A DNA stretch of 64,000 nt, from positions 672,001 to 736,000 of the forward strand of contig CAVRVY010000003.1 of the NCBI GenBank assembly GCA_963724765.1, read 5' to 3'. A program made the translations under genes and the position numbers. Source of the DNA: an uncultured delta proteobacterium (GTDB lineage Bacteria > Desulfobacterota > Binatia > Binatales > Binataceae). This document shows, piece after piece, positions 1-10,943 of the stretch (its first letter is position 1; each line of letters starts with the position of its first letter). The notes beneath the pieces were generated by a model. It ran no database searches and was not told the DNA's origin. It saw only the letters and a program-made list of their open reading frames with translations.

Positions 1-332
1 GCGTCTTTATCCTCGATTGTTTTCTTGGCCGGCCTGAATTTGAAGAGCCATTCAATACTTACTGGCATACTCGAATAGGTACCACTGCGGAGTATCTCGG
101 TTCAGCGCGCAACGAAGGTTTTCGACTATTTTCGGTACATGACCTCTCCCGGCGCGTTAAGCACTTCTGGACCGCGACACTGGCACTGATGGAGGCAGAG
201 ACCCGGGAGAAGAATCGCGGTCCGGCCGAAACAGCGCGCTGTGACTCATCCATGCAGGCGCATAGGCTAGTCGCGATGTGATGAGACCTTGGCCACGTCA
301 AGTGTATTGAAACGGCTTTGTGCGGCATCTAC

Positions 333-544
333 TCAGGAGCCCGCGACGAAGACTTCCAGCAGGCGATCAAGGCAGGTATGATCATCGTCCACGTTAATAC
401 CGAAATGTGTCTTCATGGGGCCGCCGCCTTGAGAATGCGCTGCAAACGCATCCGAAAGATCCCGCCCTATGAAATATTGCCGGCGGCGTCCAGCCAATGA
501 GTGAGGTAGTGGAAAGGCGATTGCGTCTGTTCAACTTCTTCTAG
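333..544 (+). pseudogene. Class II fructose-bisphosphate aldolase, C-terminal remnant, frameshifted
   Basis: SGARDEDFQQAIKAGMIIVHVNTE resembles the class II aldolase HGGSG...AI.AG..KINxNTE region. Further pieces (PYEILP, EVVERRLRLFN*) need frame changes. No N-terminus present. Confidence 0.6.
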
Positions 545-548
545 CGAC

Positions 549-1280
549 ATGGATCCAAAAGGCAAAGTGGCGCTAGTCACCGGTGGGGCCCGCATCGGAC
601 AGGTTGTCGCTCACAGCCTCGCGGCGCGCGGGTGTGATCTGGCGCTGATCTACCGCGGCTCGCGCGAGGCGGCGGAAGCTTCGGCCAAAGCCGCGATCAA
701 CGCAGGGGTGCGGGCGATCACCATCCGGGCCGACGCGACCGATGAGGATCAGATCGCAGCGGCGGTCAAGGAAACACATCGCGCGCTAGGACGCATCGAT
801 ATCCTGCTTAACATGGCATCGATCTATCTGAGCACGCCGGACCCCAAGGAGGCGGATTGGTCGAATACGATCGATGCCAACGCCCGCAGCGTCTTTCTTT
901 TCTCGACCGCTGCAGCGCCGATTATGAAGCAAAGCGGTGGAGCGCGAATTATTAACTTCGCGGACTGGCTGCCCGTAAGCGGCCGCCCCCGCTACAGAGG
1001 CCTTGTGCCTTACTATTCGTCCAAAGCCGCCGTTGTCGGCCTGACCGAAAGTCTCGCGCTGGAACTGGCTCCAGAAATTCTGGTCAATGCGATCGCGCCC
1101 GGGCCGATTCTTGAGCCTCCGGGTCTGACTCCCGAGGAGAACATGGAGGTGATCGAAGCCACACCGCTTCGGCGATGGGGCGGTGCTGCGGAAATCGCCA
1201 AAACGATACTCTTCCTAGTCGACAGCGATTTCATCACCGGTGAATGTATCCGCGTCGATGGCGGCCGGCATCTCTTTTGA
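549..1280 (+). CDS. SDR family oxidoreductase (pteridine reductase/FabG-like)
   Basis: ALVTGGARIG Rossmann motif, YxxSK (YYSSK), NAIAPG, C-terminal ITGECIRVDGG. Confidence 0.92.
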   Translation: MDPKGKVALVTGGARIGQVVAHSLAARGCDLALIYRGSREAAEASAKAAINAGVRAITIRADATDEDQIAAAVKETHRALGRIDILLNMASIYLSTPDPKEADWSNTIDANARSVFLFSTAAAPIMKQSGGARIINFADWLPVSGRPRYRGLVPYYSSKAAVVGLTESLALELAPEILVNAIAPGPILEPPGLTPEENMEVIEATPLRRWGGAAEIAKTILFLVDSDFITGECIRVDGGRHLF

Positions 1281-1717
1281 CTGTACATCTGCTCGAGCGT
1301 GTTAGCCCGCAATGTAGCTCTGCGGTCACGCACAGGAATATATGTTAAGGCCGATGACGCCGTGATAAGGACGTTGCACATGTCCAAACGAGAATCCTGG
1401 CTCAAGGTCAAGTACTCGAAGTAGGGAAGGAGGCCCACAATGTCAGGATCTGCCACACCTGTTATTGCTCAAATCGTCGAGACCATGCGGGTTAAGATCA
1501 TTACTTCCGAGACCAACGTAGGCGAGCTGCGCCGCGAGAAGCTCGGGTTCAGACTTCCGAAGGAATGAAATCAGGGCTGCGATGGCCAAGGTGTAAAACA
1601 CTTCTGCTGAGGGATAGGAGTGCATAATGTGGGTGAAGGTCGCACCGCGCTCAAGAGCAGGGCGACTTCGAGAACCCCAAGTTTACGCCGCCCGAAGGTG
1701 CGCGGCCTACCCAGGGA

Positions 1718-2557
1718 ATGGTGGGCGGTCCGATGGGGTACGGCGGGCGGAACATCCATTTCGGCATTCGCGAGCACGCCATGGCCGGAATCGCCACAGG
1801 TCTGGCCCTGCACGGCGGCGTCCTGCCCTTTGCCGCGACCTTCTTTGCGTTTTCCGACTACATGCGGCCGAGCATCCGGCTGGCGGCTTTGAGTAAGGCC
1901 CACGTGATCTATGTGTGGACCCACGACAGCATCGCATTGGGCGAGGACGGACCCACCTATCAGCCGGTGGAACAACTGGCAAGCCTGCGCGCGATTCCCG
2001 ATCTGATGCTGCTGCGCCCGGCCGAGGCCAACGAGACTGTGGAAGCGTGGAAGATTGCGGTGGCGCATACTGAGGGGCCGGTGGGGCTGGTGCTTACGCG
2101 CCAGAAGTTGCCCATTTTGGACCGCAGCACGCCGGCCCCCGCTGCGGGAACGGCAAAAGGAGCTTACGTCCTTGCCGACTGCGCCGCAGGTCCGCCCAAG
2201 CTTATCCTCATCGCTACCGGTTCCGAAGTGTCGGTCGCGCTCGAGGCGCACAACCAACTGACTCGTGAGGGAGTTGCAAGCCGGGTAGTCTCGATGCCGT
2301 GCTGGGATTTGTTTCAGGCGCAGCCGCAATCCTACAAAGACACGGTTCTTCCGCCCGGCGTCAAAGCGCGAGTCAGTGTTGAGGCAGGCTCCACGCTAGG
2401 ATGGGAGCGCTACGTGGGCCTCGAAGGCGCAATCATCGGGCTGAACCGCTTCGGTGCTTCAGCGCCGGGTGAAATCGTGATGCGTGAGCTGGGCTTTACT
2501 TCAGAGCACATTGTCAAAGTTGCCAAGTCTATCCTGGCCGGCTACCGCCCTGGGTAA
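1718..2557 (+). pseudogene. tkt: Transketolase, C-terminal portion only
   Basis: [33 protein letters not shown] and FGASAPG motifs; the N-terminal ThDP-binding domain is absent. Confidence 0.85.
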
Positions 2558-2688
2558 GGCATCGGTAAAGCTCGTTAACCCCCCACTCAAACACGAAAAT
2601 GTCTTTTATCAGGCTAGAAACGGCGTCTTAATGGACGAACTTAGCAGGGATGACGGCAACCAGGCGTGCAGGCGCTTCGGCCAAAGGG

Positions 2689-3140
2689 TCACGATGAAAG
2701 TACGCCGCAGGTCCAAATATTAAGATGTGGCTTTGGCTCGATATTCTGGTTGCCCCGGAAAAAGTTGGACGGATCGTATTTCGCCTTGACCGCAGCGAGT
2801 CGATCATAGTTCCGCCCATAGGCTTCTCGTACCCGCGATAATTCACCTCGATCGAGTGAGTTGACGTAAACCTCGCCCGAAGAAAGGGCCATGTCGCCGC
2901 AAAGAAATCGGTAACCCAAGTGCGGTTCGCTTCAGTCGTCGCCGGATCCTCCCAGAAGCCGATGATTTCAAAGTGGAACGGGCTCTGGCGCAGCCCGAAA
3001 GCCGTTGCGTCGGGTGGAACGCGCGCAATCGCTCCGTGACAATGCTCAATGATTGCCACAGAAAGAGGCGATGGCGCGCGGGCGAACTGTTCCACAATCG
3101 CAGAGAGCGCGCCGTCTGAGAGTTCGGGCAGGAAATGCGA
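2689..3140 (-). pseudogene. FAD-binding oxidoreductase with BBE domain, C-terminal fragment, frameshifted
   Basis: RVPPDATAF in one frame; YVN...AYGRNYDRLAAVKAKYDPSNFFRGNQNI (BBE motif) in another. Confidence 0.8.
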
Positions 3141-3379
3141 ATTAACATAAATGTAGGTCTGTTTGGCCAGCCGAAATACCCTTTACAGAGTGTGACGATG
3201 ACCTTCGGGGACGATATTGTATCCTATCCCTTGACGGGTATATCCTTACACGGTCCGGACTTTACGGATTGAATCACACCTATACCATGCCGGTGTGTTT
3301 ACGGTCGAGTGTGTAGTTGATGATGGAGCAGGCGTTCACGCAACGACAGCGATCCAGAATTGAATATATTGAAGCTCGA

Positions 3380-5692
3380 TCACCCCTCGATGCGTGAGGC
3401 GCGTCGTGAGGGGCTGGGAACATCCGCCAGATACCGATTCAGCTCGGAGAATAGAAACTCAAGTCGTCGCATCGACTGGAGTTCCGCGATCATCGTGCGG
3501 CGCGGCTCGAGCGGCCACGATTCCAATCGGGCGAACCCTCCCTCCTCCAAGTGTGAACTGAACTCGTTGAGCGGTTCCGCCAACTCACCGGCTGAGTGTT
3601 TCTGCGCGATCGCACGAGCAGCGGAAGCGCTGAACCATTCAGCGCCGCTAAAGAAATCCAGCCACGAGATAAGCTGCCCACGAATCGCGTTGAAGACCCG
3701 CTCACGCGCAAACTCCGTCACAGGGTCGAGTTCCGGCATTTGAGTAAGAACCCGCGCTGTCGCGATCGAGGACAGCCGGTTCGCAATCCGGCGAAGAGTC
3801 CCGGCCGCTTCGACGATCCCGTTATGGTAGACGGCGCAGGTGCGTCCTTCCATCCGCGCGTCATCGGCGATCTCGAGGAACTCGGTTAGCACGCGCATCG
3901 TTTCCGAGTGCGTCTTCAGGATTTGATCCTCGCTGCTCGAAGCTGAGCCGCTCGGCGCTAGCGCGAGCATATTGGCAATGACTCTTCGCAGTCTGGGCAC
4001 CAGGGAATCACCGGCGTATTCCGGCCACAGGGTAAAGAAGACCGTCGCCACGACAAAATCACCAAGCAGAACGCCCCAAATGCGCCAAAGAGGCTCGTAG
4101 ATATTGACAGATGGGCTCAACCCAACGAACACCAAGGAAAAAATGATTCCCATTTGCTTGCCCGCGTACGACATCCGCGTATTGCCGAGCGAAGAGTATG
4201 CAAACGGATAGAAGACCGCGAAGGCCGCAAGCATATAGGTTGGGAGCGTTTCGAAGTTAGGCGAAACTATGATGATAGCGAGAAGGGAAACCGCTCCTCC
4301 AATTATAGCTCCGGTGATCCGGAGGTACATCTTGTGCAGGGTTGCGCCATAGGTGGGAGTGGCGGTTGTTATTACGGTCACCAGGATAATGAATAAGTCC
4401 GGACGCTGGCTAATGAGGCCGATTATGTAGCCGACCACGGTGCACAAGCCGACTTTCAAGCAATAGCGCACAAGCGCGGGATCTGCAGGATCGCTCAATC
4501 GAGGGACACCACTGTTCCGAGGGACAGCACGGTTCGACGGATCCGTGGTCGGTGGCCCCGGAGGTTCATCCAGCGGGCGCTCGATGTGCCTGGTCAGCAC
4601 AGCCAGCGAATCGATGAATTCCGCGAAATTTTCGATTTCCGCCGAACTGGTTTTGCCGATGTATGCTGGTCTGATCTGAATGACGCGCGCGGCCAGATTG
4701 TCCATCGCCAAGCGCACATGCGTCCGCGTAGCGGGAGCCTGCTCGTCCGCGCCTACAACAATGCGCGCCGGTAGTTTGTGAGAGATCTCGTCAAGCGCGG
4801 CAGCGATCGCATTTACCGCTCTTTGAATTTCGCCCAGGACCATCGTGCGAATATCTCGAGGTAGGTTCTCGCGCGCCGTAGTGATTAGGCGATCCACTTC
4901 GAGACTGATGCGAGCCGCGCGCGTGATCGCAGCAAGCAGGATCTCCCGGCGATGCTCGGACGCGCCCTCGGCCAACGCTTGATTAAGAAGCGCCATATGT
5001 GCGGGCAGGTCGGAAGTCGGTGCTGGCAATGGCGGTCGAGGTACGCTTTCGCCAGCGAGAAAAAAGTTCGAAGCCCCGAGAAGCTGCGAACGGGCACGCG
5101 CGACGCTCGCTCCGAGAGACTCCATCAAGATCGGTTCGCCCGGGTCCGGCCATAACCAGTTGTCGAACAGAACGATCACGCCGAAGGCAATCGCGCTACC
5201 GTCGAACGAGGCCGCTGCGTTCCAATCGATTTCCTGAGGTCCAAACACGACGCCGTAGAATGTAATGAGGCATATTATCTGTATAACGAGCAGGCCCGCG
5301 CCGAGCTTGCGCGTCGTTCCCACGTAGGTTGAAAGTGAAATCCATACGAAGACAAACGGCAGCATCAACCACGGCGTCTCCGCGAATGCGCGCGCCATCA
5401 CCACCGACGTGATTAGAGCGAGCATCACCGCGATTTGCCATGCCAGCGCCTTGCGAATGGACATCATCGGTCCTGCGCCCGCTAGGAGCCACACAATTAC
5501 CGCGCCCAGCTGAGTGTTGACGTGACAGCTCGCGTCTAGTCCAATTGCGATTGTCACAATCGTGGAGATGCGCAAGGCGGTGCGGATCTTCCGGACGCTA
5601 GGAGCAAGTTCGCGTGCGACTAGCGCTCCGAGTCGATCCAACCAGGCAAGTGGCGGTTGGATGCCGAACTGTTGCTCTATGAATCCTGCCAC
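3380..5692 (-). CDS. FUSC-family (aromatic acid exporter-like) inner membrane protein
   Basis: 770 aa with two multi-TM halves separated by helical cytoplasmic regions; RYCLKVG...LRITGAIIG...LWRIWGVLLG pattern. Confidence 0.8.
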   Translation of the reverse strand: MAGFIEQQFGIQPPLAWLDRLGALVARELAPSVRKIRTALRISTIVTIAIGLDASCHVNTQLGAVIVWLLAGAGPMMSIRKALAWQIAVMLALITSVVMARAFAETPWLMLPFVFVWISLSTYVGTTRKLGAGLLVIQIICLITFYGVVFGPQEIDWNAAASFDGSAIAFGVIVLFDNWLWPDPGEPILMESLGASVARARSQLLGASNFFLAGESVPRPPLPAPTSDLPAHMALLNQALAEGASEHRREILLAAITRAARISLEVDRLITTARENLPRDIRTMVLGEIQRAVNAIAAALDEISHKLPARIVVGADEQAPATRTHVRLAMDNLAARVIQIRPAYIGKTSSAEIENFAEFIDSLAVLTRHIERPLDEPPGPPTTDPSNRAVPRNSGVPRLSDPADPALVRYCLKVGLCTVVGYIIGLISQRPDLFIILVTVITTATPTYGATLHKMYLRITGAIIGGAVSLLAIIIVSPNFETLPTYMLAAFAVFYPFAYSSLGNTRMSYAGKQMGIIFSLVFVGLSPSVNIYEPLWRIWGVLLGDFVVATVFFTLWPEYAGDSLVPRLRRVIANMLALAPSGSASSSEDQILKTHSETMRVLTEFLEIADDARMEGRTCAVYHNGIVEAAGTLRRIANRLSSIATARVLTQMPELDPVTEFARERVFNAIRGQLISWLDFFSGAEWFSASAARAIAQKHSAGELAEPLNEFSSHLEEGGFARLESWPLEPRRTMIAELQSMRRLEFLFSELNRYLADVPSPSRRASRIEG

Positions 5693-5866
5693 GCGCTTCG
5701 CTTAGCAATCGCCTCGATTTTTACAACCGCGGTCGCACGCAGCCGAGACAGAAAGAAACGCGTAGTTGATTACATATTCCGTGACCCAGAGATTTCCTCA
5801 GCAACTGATGCGGCGGACGATGAATCCACCGGGACCGCCTAGGTGATGTCCTCTCAGGCTCTTTAG

Positions 5867-7141
5867 CAGGGTGCGGAAAAATGCCGAGTAGTCATGAGTT
5901 GCTCTGTTTCTACGACTCGATATCTTCTGGGTCGAGAGGCGCGTGAGGGCCGAGTGCGTCCGCGGCTCGCAGCTTCGCGACTCCTGTTCAGGTAGTGACC
6001 ACGGTCAGGGTGCGCATCCGCACCAGGTTGTAGGCTGCGGCGGCGAAGGTGAACATCCAACCGACCCGAGCAACTCCGCGATGACGAGTCTTGCGCAACA
6101 AAGCAACGGTCTTGAGCCAACCGAAGGCTTCTTCGACCCGCTTGCGCCGCCACTGGCTCAGCGCGTAGCCGGGGTGGCGGCTGGTACGCCGGTCGATCGC
6201 GGTCGCCGGCTTTTGCGCCACGTGCGGCGTGACTCGGTGGTCGCGCAGCTCGCGCACAAGCTCTTTGGCGTCGTAACCCTTGTCGGCACCGAGCGTCACC
6301 CGTCCAAAGCCCGGGAGCTTTTCCACCATCGCCAGCGCGGCCTCGCGTTCGGCGCGGCCAGTCGCCTGGGTCAGCCGCGTGTTCACCACCAGACCGTTGC
6401 GATTCTCCATCAGCACATGCCCCAGATAGCAGAGCCTGGCCTCGCGGCCGCTGGCCTTCCTATACAGTCGCGCCTGCGGGTCGGTAGTCGATTGGTGGGT
6501 TGCGTTGGAGCGCCGCTCACCGTGGAAGTCGACGCTCGGATTGCCGGGATCATCCGGCGGAGTCTGCTTGTGGTCCTTGGGCTTGAAGCTCTTGTGTCCG
6601 GCCCAGGCCTCGATCAGGGTTCCATCGACCGTGAAGTGCTCAGCCGAGAGCAGATCCTGAGCTTGCGCCTGCGCCACCACTTGTTGAAAAAAGCCTTGCG
6701 CCACTTCGCCCGCGAGCAGCCGCTCCCGGTTCTTGGTGAACACCGTGACATCCCACACCGCATCGTCCATGCTGAGTCCCACGAACCAGCGGAACAGCAG
6801 GTTATAATCAAGCTGCTCCATCAGCATGCGCTCGCTGCGCACCGTGTAGAGCACTTGCAGCAAAAGCGCGCGCAACAGCTTCTCCGGCGGGATCGACGGC
6901 CGCCCGCTCTTGGCGTAGAGCGCATCGAAACGCGGCCCCAACTCCTTAAGCGCCGCATCGACCATCACTCGAATCGCGCGCAGCGGATGATCCGTGGGCA
7001 CACGGCGTTCTGCCGAAATGTAGCTGAACATCCCGCTCTGCTCGTGGTCCGTCCCGCGCATCACCACATCCTCCTCCGACGACGGTTACCCATTCCTCTA
7101 CATGCCATCAAAAAGAAATGCGATCCTTTTTCCGCATCCTG
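5867..7141 (-). mobile_element. IS5-family insertion sequence, 1275 bp
   Basis: Terminal inverted repeats CAGGGTGCGGAAAAA / TTTTTCCGCATCCTG; TTAG target duplication at 5863-5866 and 7142-7145. Confidence 0.92.
5988..7067 (-). CDS. IS5-family DDE transposase
   Basis: GRPSIPPEKLLRALLLQ (DUF772-like), VDGTLI, GADKGYD, RKRVEEAFGW. Confidence 0.95.
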   Translation of the reverse strand: MVMRGTDHEQSGMFSYISAERRVPTDHPLRAIRVMVDAALKELGPRFDALYAKSGRPSIPPEKLLRALLLQVLYTVRSERMLMEQLDYNLLFRWFVGLSMDDAVWDVTVFTKNRERLLAGEVAQGFFQQVVAQAQAQDLLSAEHFTVDGTLIEAWAGHKSFKPKDHKQTPPDDPGNPSVDFHGERRSNATHQSTTDPQARLYRKASGREARLCYLGHVLMENRNGLVVNTRLTQATGRAEREAALAMVEKLPGFGRVTLGADKGYDAKELVRELRDHRVTPHVAQKPATAIDRRTSRHPGYALSQWRRKRVEEAFGWLKTVALLRKTRHRGVARVGWMFTFAAAAYNLVRMRTLTVVTT

Positions 7142-7391
7142 TTAGATTTTCCTTGCCTTGTATTCGTTCACCCGATTGCGGATATTCGCAGACCGCGTTC
7201 TCTTGATGGATGTCACGTTCCGCGTCCAGATCACCGGCCGCAGAAGCCGACCCATGCTGCTCCAGAGCTGTTCGGATCTGTTGCTCTCTCATAGCCATTG
7301 GGATCCACTTCGACTCTTCCTAGAAGGAAGCAAGAATTGTGCGACCGGTGAACAAGGAAAAGTGATCGCGAGTCGGGCGGCGCGCTCGTGT

Positions 7392-7892
7392 TCAAACTTT
7401 GACTTCCCGTAATCTGCCCGTGTCCACGTCGAAAATGAAGCCGCGCACGGGGATGTCTTTGGCAATCCAGGGATGCGACCTGACTTTCTTGATCTGCTCC
7501 CGAGTATTTTGCTCGGGGTCCTTATAGGAGAAGAAGCGCATTGGAGCCGGCGAAGCATCTCCGGTCGAAGCGCTCAGCTTAGCGTTCAGCTCGTCATCTG
7601 TGAATGTCGTGAACCCGCAGCCGGTGTGGTTGAGAAGCAGTATCTCTGTGGTTCCGAGTACACGGTTGGAAACAACAAGTTCCCCAAGAACATCTTCTGT
7701 TACCGCGGGTCCGCCGGTTCGGATAACGTCTATATCGGCCTGCGGCAGACCCAAGATTCCAGGGAGGTCTGAGAGCCGTGGATCCATGCAGGTTACAACC
7801 GCGATTTTGGGGGCCGGACGCTTCCCCAGCGTTGGATCATAACTTTTTGCATAGTTGCGGTTTGCTTCTAGCGCCTTATCGATAATGCTCAT
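7392..7892 (-). CDS. Beta-class carbonic anhydrase
   Basis: TCMDPR and HTGCG zinc ligands; start MSIIDK preceded by an AGGAGG RBS. Confidence 0.9.
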   Translation of the reverse strand: MSIIDKALEANRNYAKSYDPTLGKRPAPKIAVVTCMDPRLSDLPGILGLPQADIDVIRTGGPAVTEDVLGELVVSNRVLGTTEILLLNHTGCGFTTFTDDELNAKLSASTGDASPAPMRFFSYKDPEQNTREQIKKVRSHPWIAKDIPVRGFIFDVDTGRLREVKV

Positions 7893-8263
7893 CGTCTTCC
7901 TCCTGACGAGCGAACGGTGCGGCCAAGCCCATTTTTTATTAGTGTCGCTCTTCCGCTCGCGACGGTCAAATGCTGCTAATCGGGATCGGTTACGGCGGAC
8001 GTCACTGTAACCTTCGGCATCGCCCGTCATCAGAAGAGGCGCAAATTCTCCTGACCACTCGGCTCGGTATGTAAGGGACGCCGCAGAACCAAAGGGTCAC
8101 GGATCCCGCGCGCGAAGACTTTCCCGTGTCGATCATCAGGCTCCCGGCCTGAACCAACGATTGTGGAGCGTGCTGAGCTCGTTGGCTGGCAACGATTCGT
8201 CATTCCTCGGAGAGCTTTGTTACAATCGACTCAGAATGCGATTCCCAAGGAGGTAATGGTTTT

Positions 8264-9205
8264 ATGAGTGACACCGACGGCCTTCGCTATATAAAGATAC
8301 CGCTCAACAATGGCTCCGATGAGATTCCGGCACTCGGCTTTGGCACGCTGATTCCTGATCCGATCGCAACAAAAGAGGCAGTTAGGATCTCTCTGGAGGT
8401 GGGCTTTCGTCAATTCGATTGCGCTGAGCGGTACCGAAATGAAGAACAGGTGGGCGAAGCAATGCGGGCGGTGTTCAAGGAGGGCGAGGTCAAACGGAAG
8501 GACGTTTTTGTAGGTACGAAGCTCTGGAACAACAATCATCGTCCTGAACGCGTTAGACCCGCCTTCGAGGCAAGTCTGAGAAGACTGCAACTGGACTATG
8601 TCGATCTATATAGCATCCATACTCCATTTGCTTTCAAAGCCGGGGATGAGCAAGACCCGAGAGACAAGAACGGTAATGTGATTTATGACGATGCGGCGAC
8701 TCTGACGAATACCTGGAAGGCTTTGGAGAGCCTGGTGGACGAAGGTCGGTGCAAGGTGATCGGATTGTCGAACATCAGTTTGGGACAGCTGAAGAAGGTG
8801 TTCGATATCGCTCGCGTAAAGCCAGCTGTTGTTCAGGTCGAATCCCATCCATATCTCCCTGAATGGGATTTGCTCGACTATTGCAAGAGGAATGGCATCG
8901 TGATGCAGGCCTTCGCTGCTTTGGGTCATGGTGTTGAACCCAAGTTGATCGACGATCCTGTGATCACCGTCATTGCGAAGCGCGTCAACAAAACCCCTGC
9001 TCAAGTCCTACTGGCCTGGGCGCTGCACCGCGGCACGGCTCCTCTCACCACAGCTACAAGCATCCGCCACATCGAGGAAAATTTTGATATCTCGGCTATT
9101 CCCGATGACGCCATCGAGGAGATCACTCAAGGGATCAATACGCGAGTCAGACTCAATTCGGTTGTTGACACGGGCATCCCGGGGTTCATTCCCAGGGGAA
9201 GATGA
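8264..9205 (+). CDS. Aldo/keto reductase
   Basis: PALGFGT, FDCAERY, TKLW, LDYVDLY.IH.P, IGLSN, QVESHPY. Confidence 0.93.
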   Translation: MSDTDGLRYIKIPLNNGSDEIPALGFGTLIPDPIATKEAVRISLEVGFRQFDCAERYRNEEQVGEAMRAVFKEGEVKRKDVFVGTKLWNNNHRPERVRPAFEASLRRLQLDYVDLYSIHTPFAFKAGDEQDPRDKNGNVIYDDAATLTNTWKALESLVDEGRCKVIGLSNISLGQLKKVFDIARVKPAVVQVESHPYLPEWDLLDYCKRNGIVMQAFAALGHGVEPKLIDDPVITVIAKRVNKTPAQVLLAWALHRGTAPLTTATSIRHIEENFDISAIPDDAIEEITQGINTRVRLNSVVDTGIPGFIPRGR

Positions 9206-9238
9206 ACGTCCCAGCCGGAATTTCCCGCTGAGCTGAGC

Positions 9239-9350
9239 ATGCCGCGATTTGGCGTTACAACATTCCCGACCGACTATGGTCTTTCGGTCGTAGACTTAGC
9301 CACAGCTGTCGAAGAGCGCGGTCTCGACTCGATATTTTTCAATGAACACA
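9239..9350 (+). pseudogene. LLM-class F420-dependent oxidoreductase, N-terminal stub
   Basis: Manual translation MPRFGVTTFPTDYGLSVVDLATAVEERGLDSIFFNEH, after which the resemblance ends. Confidence 0.6.
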
Positions 9351-9478
9351 GAAGGGTTTGTGAAAATCACGGAATGAAGGGGTTTACCGCGACTTCCGTC
9401 TGATCCCCGGCGAGTGCATCCAGGCGGCATACGTGTTCGGGTTGATGTGCGGACACCTTCCGCGCCTCTACACATACT

Positions 9479-10881
9479 CTAGCTGTTGGATTTCAACCCG
9501 AAGAGGTTCTTTGTCTTGATCGCCTCGGCCACAACGGCAGGGACCATCGCTTCCCAGGTTGGGTCTCGTCGCTGGATCCGTTCTAGAACTTCCGGCGTGT
9601 GAATCGACAGCAGAAATTCGTCGTAAACGTGAATGGGCACGAGGCGCCCGATCTCCAGCAGCAAGTCACGCAAGTGATTCCACGGTGGTGGAATCGGTGC
9701 TTGCAGCACCGTATGGATCTCGTTAGTAGCGGGATCGCGAGTCGGATAGACGTACATCTTCACCGAACGTTTGAATAGGCGTCCCGCGGATTCAAGCACG
9801 CCACCTGGCAGGTCCGTGAAATACCGCTCGTCCGCCACTTGTCGAAGCGCAGGCAACCCAACCGCGAACCCGATGAGGCCGTCAGTGTAGCCGGCCAGGT
9901 ACTCGGCCAATTGGTAGTAGGGCTCGAACCGCGAGATGAGAACGTCGAAACCAAGGGCGCCGAGGATTTCCGCCCAGGCGAGAAAATCCTCGCGACCGAG
10001 GCCTTGGCTCGCGCTCAGGCTCCGCAGCGTCATCTCGGCCAGCACTACGGGCTTTTGTCCTTCAACGCCTGGCTCCTGCAAAAACTGATCGAGCGCCCTG
10101 GCGAGGAGGTCGAGCGTGAGCTTCGTCGCGGGCCTGAAGCTGCCTCGCTCGACGAGGATTGGTTTCTTGTAAAGGACCTCCGACGGCTGCACGACCCCAC
10201 CGTCCGCTGTGAACATTGCGGCGTCGGTCAGTCCGCGCTCCACCAGTCGGCTAAGCAAGCGATTGTTCACACTCGCGAAGGTTGGTCCGGTGAGCTTGAT
10301 CATGTCGATGTCGATCCGTTCGCTAGACAGTTCGTCCACCAGTGAATCGAGCAAGTCCGCAATACTCGCGCGTCGCAAGAACGCGCCATGAATCAGGTTG
10401 ACGCCGAGCACACCGAGCGCGTCCTGTTGGTATTCGGTGGTTGAGTCCAAGCGGTGGGCATGAATGATGATGCTGGACGGTTCCTCGCGAGGACGGGACT
10501 GAAATCGGACTCCGAGCCAGCCGCGTCCTTTGCCGGATTCCCCGTAGCGGCTGGTGGCCACAGTGTTGGCGAAGGCGAAGAACCTCTTCGTATCGCCACG
10601 GGAAGGACCGAGGCGTTCGAGCAATGGGCGAACTCCAGTCTCAGCATTGCCTCCAGGCGTTCCCGGCTCACATAATGCTTTGCTGGACCATAAAGGTAAT
10701 CACTGACCGACATGTCATAAGCCGAGAGCGTCTTCGCCACGGTTCCGGCGGCGCCGCCGGCCAGGAAGAACCATCGTGCGACCTCCTGGCCGCCGCCAAT
10801 CTCGGCGAATGTTCCATACGTCGTGGCGTCGAGATTTACCGCCAACGCCTTTTGACGCGTGGTCTAGTCGCTCTTATCCAT
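9479..10881 (-). pseudogene. Conserved hypothetical protein (family often labelled nicotinate-nucleotide adenylyltransferase or TonB-dependent receptor), disrupted
   Basis: YGTFAEIGGGQEVARWFF..GGAAGTVAK and ERGSFRP motifs; in-frame TAG at codon 6 (10864-10866) and a frameshift near 10625. Confidence 0.7.
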
Positions 10882-10943
10882 GATCGGGCGCCTCCGCGCG
10901 GGCATGTCGCGCTACTTTACCGGCTGAGTTGAACGAGAACTGG

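Larger units (their letters stand above)
5760..7298 (-). pseudogene. SnoaL/NTF2-like gene interrupted by IS5
   Basis: The 5' part (...AVCEYPQSGERIQGKENL, 7142-7298) joins in frame across the TTAG target to KSLRGHHLGGPGGFIVRRISC*GNLWVTEYVINY (below 5866). Confidence 0.75.

Noticed and set aside
5943-7145. 400-aa plus-strand ORF, and similar long ORFs at 31337-32386, 36462-37778, 53659-55089 and 56066-57751
   Set aside because: Antisense shadows of well-supported genes in GC-rich DNA
9351-9368. Possible IS terminus (GAAGGGTTTGTGAAAATC) at the LLM truncation point
   Set aside because: No matching inverted repeat or transposase seen in the window
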